Assembly (NCBI GenBank): GCA_002269645.1
Contig: NIVC01003803.1
Location: 1 to 64,000, forward strand
Direction of reading: 5' to 3'
DNA: 64,000 nt
Origin: Macrostomum lignano
Lineage: Eukaryota
Below, piece after piece: positions 55,726 through 64,000 of the stretch (position 1 is the stretch's first letter; each line of letters starts with the position of its first letter). The notes beneath the pieces are model-generated. The model was not told the origin of the DNA and did no database searches. It saw only the letters and a list, made by a program, of their open reading frames with translations. A program made the position numbers and the translations under genes.

Positions 55726-56204
55726 TATACTATTGAGGCACGCATGAGCGCACGAGTGCCATAGAATTTTATCACAAGGCATCACAGAACCAGAATCTGT
55801 GCGCGGTGTAACACCTACAGTTTGGCGGCCTGCGATCTTAGGCTGTATTATCACCTAGGCGATAGAGTGACTATATATCGTTCTTACCCCGAATAATCTG
55901 AAATTAACAGATAATATATTGATATGGTCTCTGCAACAGCATATACCGTATGTGAACGAGTAATTCATACACTGCCATAGCCAGTTTTTAAATAAGACGA
56001 TGTGCACGGACGCAGAACGTAATTTACAGTAATACGTTATTTACTAGTACTGTAAGTAATGCTTTCGCTATAGCTAAGTAGATGTATGAATTGCAGTAAA
56101 TATACCATTATTAAAGTTAAATAAAATTAACAGACAGAGCTCTAGCCCAAAGGCCAAATCTGAAGAAGGAACATATTCTTTGGATTCAATAATCTGGTAC
56201 TGAA

Positions 56205-56640
56205 CGGAGGAGCGGAGAGACAGATTAAGGGGCTGAGGGAGGAGCAGAGGAGCGGAGAGGCAGATTCAGGGACTGAGGGAGGAGCGGAGAGGCAGATTCA
56301 GGGGCTGATGGAGGGGCGGAGAGGCAGATTCAGGGGCTGATGGAGGAGCGGAGGAGCGGAGAGGCAGATTCAGGGGCTGAAGGAGGAGCGGAGAGGCAGA
56401 TTCAGGGACTGAGGGAGGAGCGGAGAGGCAGATTCAGGGGCTGAGGGAGGAGCGGAGAGGCAGATTCAGGGGCTGAGGGAGGAGCGGAGAGGCAGATTCA
56501 GGGACTGAGGGAGGAGCGGAGAGGCAGATTCAGGGACTGAGGGAGGAGCGGAGAGGCAGATTCAGGGACTGAGGGAGGAGCGGAGAGGCAGATTCAGGGG
56601 CTGAGGGAGGAGCGGAGAGGCAGACTCAGGGACTGAGGGA
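56205..56640. repeat. 32-bp minisatellite (gagggaggagcggagaggcagattcagggRct)
   Basis: Direct periodicity. Confidence 0.95.
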
Positions 56641-57175
56641 CGGGTTCAAATAAAAGTGCAAAAAAAGAAAACCAAATGACACAATTGACGACAATCTTAG
56701 CTTGAGGCATTGAGCAGCTATCTGATGCGTTTGTATCAAGTTAAACAAATGTATTAATGAGTGGCGCGCAGAGCCGGTGGGTGTGCATCGCAGATGTGTC
56801 GAATACGCGACAGTAATATTAGTGAAGAGATTGGTTGTACTTTTACAGGGCACAAACTGCTGCACACAATTTGAGAAAGCAAAGAAGAGTAATTAGCATT
56901 TTAAAAAAGAAGAAACACACCGCAAAGTGAGCAGACTGCTATAGGGGTAATTTGAATCATCATAGCAAAGCAAATATTTGTGTGGTGGTTTTGATCGCGA
57001 GGAATACTGCAAGAGCGTGGCGGCGTGGGAGCCAAATCCCAGACAGCATAGAAATCCGATAAAAAATAAGCAAAATAGTAAAAAGCAGTAACTTCAGCTG
57101 ACTGGACACCAGCTCTGAAGATATTTTCTACACAGTAAACTGGCTTTTCAACATCAGACAGTTCTATCAAAACCA

Positions 57176-57610
57176 ACTGATGCACTCAAGTGGGGCTTAA
57201 TCTGAACTGCTAATCCCACTGATGCACTCAAGTGGGGCTTAATCTGAACTGCTAATCCCACTGATGCACTCAAGTGGGGATTACTCTGAACTGCTAATCC
57301 CACTGATGCACTCAAGTGGGGCTTAATCTGAACTGCTAATCCCACTGATGCACTCAAGTGGGGATTAATCTGAACTGCTAATCCCACTGATGCACTCAAG
57401 TGGGGATTAATCTGAACTGCTAATCCCACTGATGCACTCAAGTGGGGATTACTCTGAACTGCTAATCCCACTGATGCACTCAAGTGGGGATTACTCTGAA
57501 CTGCTAATCCCACTGATGCACTCAAGTGGAGATTAATCTGAACTGCTAATCCCACTGATGCACTCAAGTGGGGATTACTCTGAACTGCTAATCCCACTGA
57601 TGTACTCAGG
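57176..57610. repeat. 42-bp minisatellite (ctgatgcactcaagtggggMttaMtctgaactgctaatccca), about 10 copies
   Basis: Direct periodicity. Confidence 0.95.
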
Positions 57611-58197
57611 GGGGTTAACATAACCTGCTAATCCTAGCACGGAAACTCCATGGCTCAGTAACCAGTTATGTTTCCATATGTTTCCACTTTTTTTTAAAAT
57701 CAGAATGCTTATAGTGTATGTGTGGCTTAGTTATAACACGTATAGACATTGCGTCACCCATGTACAATTATATATGCAGAAGCATTTGTAATATTTAAAA
57801 AAGGTCACAAATAGACAAAAAGTTGAAATTCTGTCATAAAACACGTTATCCACGAACACAAGAGTAACGGGAAACAACACAGCCAGTTTGTTTATACTAG
57901 AGTTATTGTTTTTTATCAGTTTAAATAAATAATTATTAGTATTGCTACTAAGCTTAGAACAGTATCTTAACTTTGCTTTCACAAATCTATAAAACAAATA
58001 AAAAGCAACAGATTTCATGGACTAAGCTTAGAAACTCGACGAAAACAAACAGTAAAAGAGGAGTTCAAGCAAAACATTTTTATTTGCCTTTAGTTGCTAA
58101 CGCAACAGAAAACACAAACTTAAAGACAAATGGGTCAAGAAGTTCTGAAATCTTTATTTTAGACAGCTCAGTTCTCAAATCTGCCTTCTGGATCCTA

Positions 58198-58415
58198 CCT
58201 CAGTCCCTGAATCTGCCTCTCCACTCCTCCCTCAGTCCCTGAATCTGCCTCTCCACTCCTCCCTCAGCCCCTGAATCTGCCTCTCCGCTCCTCCCTCAGC
58301 CCCTGAATCTGCATCTCCGCTCCTCCCTCAGTCCCTGAATCTGCCTCTCCGCTCCTCCCTCAGCCCCTGAATCTGCCTCTCCGCTCCTCCCTCAGTCCCT
58401 GAATCTGCCTGTCTG
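58198..58415. repeat. Inverted array of the same 32-bp unit as 56205-56640
   Basis: cctcagYccctgaatctgcctctccgctcctc is the reverse complement of the upstream unit. Confidence 0.93.
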
Positions 58416-59081
58416 CCTCTGATCCGGTTTTCTGATTTCAGAACTCCATGATTGGAAATCTGTAACTAGATTAATTTTGATACATATAGGTTTAGTTTAT
58501 TCATTTAATCTTAATAAGACTAAATTTGAAAAGACAATCGGTAAAACACAGTGACTTTGATGAAACAATAAAACAATGAGACGTACATATCGATAATATA
58601 TATATTTATCCTCATAAATACTCCTAAGCATTTCAGACAAATAGTACACAAAAGGGTAACATACACAAACGGAAACATGATTTGAAAAAAATGAGGGTTG
58701 GCTTTTATTTCAGTATCTGAATAGAAGTGCTAAACATTTTAGTTTTTGATCAAGAAATTGTCCGGCAAGTTGACAATTCAGCCACAGATATATATCATCA
58801 CTAAAAGAAAGGTGCCAGCAGCAACCTCTATGTCTATGGGCAAATCCAAATCTACTGCTGGCCAAATGGCAATTCCCAACTTGGTTGGCTCATCTATCAA
58901 CCTGGCTGACAAAAAATAAACTTCCTCATCGAACTTAACACTGATTGGCGTTCAGTCCCATAGACTATGGAAAATTAGGAAGATGGCGTTAAATAGAATT
59001 TTACCATAGACAAAGTCGGCCTATAAAAATGCATTTAAAGAGAAAAGAAGATAAGAGATGTTAGCAGACTATTAGAGGGGA

Positions 59082-59460
59082 GGGGGCGTAGCCCAGTGGT
59101 CAAGCGCGGCGCTTTTACGTGCCAGCGGCCCAGGCTCGATTCCAAGTGCAGTCGCATTAATTTTGCGGCTAAATTGGAATCTCAGCTTGGCTCTGCTCGT
59201 GAAATTAACGCCCCTGAGGGCCAAGCCCCTAGGCACAGTGAAGTGTACATGCCTAACGATAAATAAAGTTAGGGCCGCTGTACACTCCTGTGTGAGTGTG
59301 TGCCTGTGCGTATGACTGCGTACGTATCCGCGCGCTTGTGTGCCTGCTCAGGGGAGTCGGCGGAATGGGCAGCAATGCCTCTCCGCCGGTTGTGTGACAA
59401 TAGGTGCACACAGCCATAGACAACACACACATTTCTGACTGAAAGACAAGCAAGCCTATA
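59082..59460 (+). mobile_element. tRNA-derived SINE (or tRNA pseudogene with a tail)
   Basis: gggggcgTAGCCCAGTGGtcaagc (A box) and GGCTCGATTCC (B box); anticodon arm ggcgc/gtgcc with a 6-nt loop; no acceptor-stem pairing; followed by about 300 bp of GC-richer body. 3' end uncertain. Confidence 0.6.
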
Positions 59461-59668
59461 ATTGAACAATTAAACTAGTCAGAAAGTTGCTCATTGTCTA
59501 TGGCCGAACCTATCTCTGTCCTCACTTACAGCGGCCCTGACTTTTGGAGCCTGACATCACCCCACCGCCTGGAAACTCAACTAACTAACAGATTAACAAA
59601 ACCAGCAGGCGCACAAATTGAAACAGCGCGAACTCATTGCAATAGACTTGACAAATAGCAAAACTCAC

Positions 59669-61466
59669 TCAGCAATTAAGCAAATTCTGATTGGCACGAT
59701 CAGTTTCGGCTTCAACAAAATCGTCAATTAAAGATGGCCAAGCCTCGTTATGATCGTAAGCTGATAAGTCGCTTCCGCAGGTGTCAATAAAGGTCAAAAA
59801 CATGTTCCAGGTGTCTCTGCTGACGCCTTTGACGCCCGAGGCACCAGATTGCAGCCAGGTTAGCCAGGCGCCTAAGAGAGGCGGTACGCCCGACGGTCGG
59901 GCCTCGAATACAAGCGCCCACAGGTCCGTGGCCATGGGCAGCTGAAGGGTGCGTTGGCCGCTCTCCAAGCCAAAATCGAAGGCCCAACGGTAGAGATCCT
60001 TGAAGGCGACGTCTACTGAAGGTGAAAGAAAGACTTGATGAGCTCAGTGCTATGAACCTTTGTTTGTGGGATTCTAATATATTGGCTTTGATGTGCCACT
60101 TTAATCAATTTGCTTGGATGTGCCTCTTTAAATTTGCTTTGATGTGCCGCTTTAATCTACTGGCTTTGATATGCCGCTTTTATAAATTTGCTTTGATGTG
60201 CCGCTTTAATCTACTGGCTTTGATATGCCGCTTTTATAAATTTGCTTTGATGTGCCGCTTTAATCAATTGGCTTTGGTGTGCCGCTTTTATCTACTGGCT
60301 TTGGTGTGCCGCTTTTATCTACTGGCTTTGGTGTGCCGCTTTTATCTACTGGCTTTGTTGTGCCGCTTTTATCTACTGGCTTTGATGTGCCGCTTTCATC
60401 TACTGGCTTTGGTGTGCCGCTTTTATCTACTGGCTTTGGTGTGCCGCTTTTATCTACTGGCTTTGGTGTGCCGCTTTTATCTACTGGCTTTGTTGTGCCG
60501 CTTTTATCTACTGGCTTTGATGTGCCGCTTTCATCTACTGGCTTTGATGTGCCGCTTTTATCTACTGGCTTTGATGTGCCGCTTTAATCCACTGGCTTAG
60601 ATGTGCCGCATATTACACACGGTAACCATAGCAACATAACATGGCTTCACCCGGCAACCATAGCAACAAGCATCAATCCAATTCACTCACTGTCCTTGAC
60701 GTCCAACATATCGCCGGACATCCGGCCGCCAGCGCGGCCACCTGTCATGGCGTCCAGCCGGGCGTCAAGCGCCGCGCGCAGCCCATCAGCGGTTGGCGCC
60801 TCTGCCTGCCGCAGAGCAGCGCAACCGCGTCTCAACTCGGCCTCAGTGAAGGCGCACATTTCGCGGGCCCGGCACAGCCAGGCTAGCAGTAGAACGCGAA
60901 TATCGACGGGATCGAGGCCGAGGTCTCGGCAGAGATGCGCCACGCCGCCGGCGCCAATTCTTAAAGGCGGCGTCGATGCGCCAGCGCTGGCGCCATTATC
61001 GTCGGTTGGGTCGACCTGTAGATATTATTGAATAGATATTATTATACAGTTATTAATAAACTGAAAATATTTAGGTGGCGAGGCATTTTAGGTACTAAAA
61101 AGAGGTATAGTTACTCTAGCCGTCTACCTACGCTGTTAATTAGGTGACGAGGCATTTTCATTAGGAAAGAGAGGTAGAGGTACTCCGGCTGTTTACCCAA
61201 CTACTTGCCTCGAAAGCATAGCTAGCAAAGAATCGATCGAATTCCGTAGTTGCTGCTACAAGCGAAGACGAAGCTGACCGATCGTCACCGCCAACAATAT
61301 AGGCTTCGCCAGCCTGCAGGCGACTGGTCTTTGCTGATCCATCCGATGCTAAAGCAGAGTTTGGCACTGGCAATGGCGGCCTACGCTTGCGCTTGCCCGA
61401 CTGCTGCTGCGACTTTGGCATCATGTCGGGATTGGCGGCAGCTTTGAGTGACAGGCAGCTGCCCAT
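59669..61466 (-). CDS. DCUN1D3: DCN1-like NEDD8 co-E3 ligase (DCUN1D3/SCCRO3-like), 3 exons, about 309 aa
   Basis: Exons 61466-61209 (GC donor; alternative GT donor at 61197), 61015-60691, 60015-59669. N-terminal MGSC (myristoylation-type). PONY/DCUN1 motifs LCRDLGLDP.DIRVLLLAW..MC.FT, FKDLYRWAFDFG, GVSRDTWNMFL, EAWPSLIDDFVE. Confidence 0.92.
60065..60605. repeat. 27-bp minisatellite (tttgRtgtgccgcttttatctactggc), DCN1-like intron 2
   Basis: Direct periodicity; explains ORFs 60022-60600 and 60279-60587. Confidence 0.95.
61071..61198 (-). other. 28S rRNA helix-69-region-like motif, copies 4 and 5 in tandem (69-bp spacing), DCN1-like intron 1
   Basis: Minus strand: gggtaaacagccggagtacctct-[18 nt]-aaatgcctcgtcacctaatta (61198-61137) and ggtagacggctagagtaactat-[18 nt]-aaatgcctcgccacctaa (61128-61071). 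Confidence 0.8.
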
Positions 61467-64000
61467 TTGGCAGGGGAAAAATTATCGATTTGGAGAAATT
61501 ATTGTTTAGAAAGACAATTGGGAAGGGGCGCAATGCAGTAGCTAGTTAGATATGGAAAAATACTGTTTCAACTGGCCTCTGTTCACACTTCAGTGGATTA
61601 ATTAGAACTCAACCTATCAGGCCTGTCTGTGTACTTCTGATAGCAACTAATCTGATTGGCTGAACTGCTGATCTGGCCAAGACGGTGGCATGAAATTATT
61701 GGGAAAATATTTCATTCATTAATTACATAATTAAAAAGGCCCCAAAAGAAAACTTTTTTAAAGATTATGCATTCACATGCATATACTTTCTAACCCCTAT
61801 TAGAATGAAGCAATAAGAAACATGGGTATCAATAAATTTATCTAACAAAAGTTTTTATTGACCAGAATATTTTCAACCAAGAGCTTTGCCTAGCAATAAA
61901 ATATCAAGTTAGAATTCATATCTAGATAATTTTTTTCTATTTTTATCTAATTCAAAGGGTACACATATCATTAAAAGTGATAATAGCCAGGCAAAAATAG
62001 GTTAGAAACCTCAATAGTGATAATAATAATAACTATTTATAGCTTACCCTAATGGGCAGACATGTGACCAATAGTTTAGCTGCAGCTTTTATGCAATGCA
62101 CCTGAAGACTGCATATGGTTATTTAGCACAAGGATTATAGGGTCACCACATACAGTCAATTATCCTAGCTTACTCATTTTATATCTAGATGAACTGAAGC
62201 AATATAAAGTTAAGTATCTTGCTCAAGGATACAAATTGTTCCATGTGGATTATGAATTGAATCTCAGATATTTAAGTCATAAGTCTAATACTCTAACTAG
62301 TAACAACTAGGTTACAACTCCCTTAAAATGGTACAAATTAAAAACCTTGGTAAAGGAGCAAGAGGCCTAGATAATGGTTATAATATTAAGACAAAATAAT
62401 GATTTCTTTTGCCATTAATATAAAAATGGATAATGATATTGAAATATTATTAACTTTGAATGCAAAATATGAAATAAATATATAAATAAGCCAAATTCCT
62501 TAGGTATCTAGGAAAATAGCTTAATTGATATAGGAATATTAACCAGGGAGTAGAGACAAAGGGACAATTGCTTCTCTCTCTTTTAGGAAAGCAATAACCT
62601 AAAAAAATAAAGGAGGCCAAGTATATGAGATTGCCAAAATACAAAGATATCCCCCTCTGTCCCTCAATTGGGTTTTTATCTTCTAAAACTTCTTTTCAAC
62701 AAATTTCTAATTATGCCACTATCATAAACAAAGAGATTAATTAAGTATCTACGATTTAGGAAGGTTATAAAATTTAAAGTATCAATTGTAACTTTTTGTA
62801 AAACTTTTTTTGTTTTTTGTTGTATTTTTAGTCTTATTGCTATTGTCATTAATATTAATAATGCATTTGTCATTTACTTACAAAATTTTAATAGTCCAAA
62901 ATATTAATTTATTAATGCAAAAAATCTTAATGGCAAGTAGTCTATTAGGCCTAACACAAGTAAAAAATAAACACTTATTAATAATTTATTCTTTATAGAT
63001 GGACTGATGCTTATCAATAGATCAAGGTACTCAATATTGCATTTAACATAGATATGCTATATTATATAAGTGCAACTACCTTGATTTAAACTGGTCATGC
63101 AATTTACTTGGTGTAAGACCAAGATGGCCACAACATTGAATCTCTATTATATGTTTTCTTTCTACCATTAATTAGCAACTTAATAGCTATTGTTTTAATC
63201 AATCATAATCAATAGATTTGAAACAAATTATTTATAATACAAAAACTTAAATCTTTTTAGTGTTTATGCCAATTTATTATCATAGGGCAGGGGTAAGCAA
63301 ACTTTTTTCAATATGGGCTGGATTGGAAAACTGGCTGAAGGGGGCAGGCCAGAAAAAATGCACAACAAATTGAGGCTAAACGACCATTTGGTATCCTATA
63401 GAATTGTTAGTTAAAATTATTTTTTTCACTTGAGTTTGATTCCTTTCTATTTTTAGAGTTCAAAATATAAAACAAGTGAAAAAAATTAACTGTTTAACAT
63501 GTACTGGCAGCTAAATTGTTTGTTATAGTCAACTGCCACATCACAACATGAGGATACTACTTGGAAGTTAAACAATGGCACAATCCAACCTGAGGCTGCT
63601 AGTTGTCGAGCCATCCAGAGAGTAGTAGTCCAAAATCAGAAAATTAAGCAATGGCTTTTGACCTGAATCCCAGTATTGGCAGCTTGGCAGCTAATTTTTC
63701 AATCTTAAGTGCATCTCCCTTTAATGTCCCCATAGTCACAGTTTTTTACCATAGACATATTTTTATGCTTTGTATATACAAAACTGATACTATTTTTTAG
63801 AATTCCTAAAATCAGCGTACAAACTCAAATGTGGAGAGATATGTAGATAAAATTACCCAGTCACACTATTACCCAACATTAAAGTAGTACCCTTGTATTG
63901 TGAGAATTGACTATAATAAGCAATTTAGCTAACAGAACATGTTAAACTGTTATTTTTTCACTTGTTAAATATTTTTGGACTCTAAAATAGACAAGAAATA

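Noticed and set aside
56626-57185. Possible minus-strand exons (ORFs 56626-56865, 56901-57185)
   Set aside because: No recognisable motif, no convincing splice pairs and AT-rich codon usage.
59082-59155. Functional tRNA gene
   Set aside because: No acceptor-stem pairing, a 6-nt anticodon loop and a B-box mismatch.

Overview
Eukaryotic (animal) genomic DNA with AT-rich intergenic and intronic sequence, GC-rich exons and a different minisatellite in many introns. The style suggests a flatworm such as Macrostomum, but that is an inference. Genes reconstructed by hand: Naa60 (-, frameshifted, runs off the window start), CDP-diacylglycerol synthase (-, 7 exons, 423 aa), U11/U12 snRNP 35K (+, 2 exons), two paralogous 75-aa membrane microproteins (+), a secreted C-type lectin (+), an orphan Q-rich/coiled-coil gene (-), lin-54/tesmin (-), GGNBP2 (+, 6 exons, 703 aa) and a DCN1-like/DCUN1D3 gene (-, 3 exons, 309 aa). 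Mobile DNA: a decayed Pif1 helicase interrupted by a hAT MITE, a truncated and rearranged Ty3/Gypsy pol, several MITEs with TIRs and target duplications, two long-TIR foldback elements, a THAP-domain relic and a tRNA-derived SINE. The most unusual signal is a dispersed ~60-bp motif in five copies that matches the 28S rRNA helix-69 / R2 / I-PpoI target region. Its two arms are conserved, its core is scrambled (17-18 nt in four copies, partly deleted in the fifth), and four copies lie in introns, three of them next to a splice site. Long ORFs in the track that lie over tandem repeats are artefacts. All homology calls are from recalled motifs; no database search was run.
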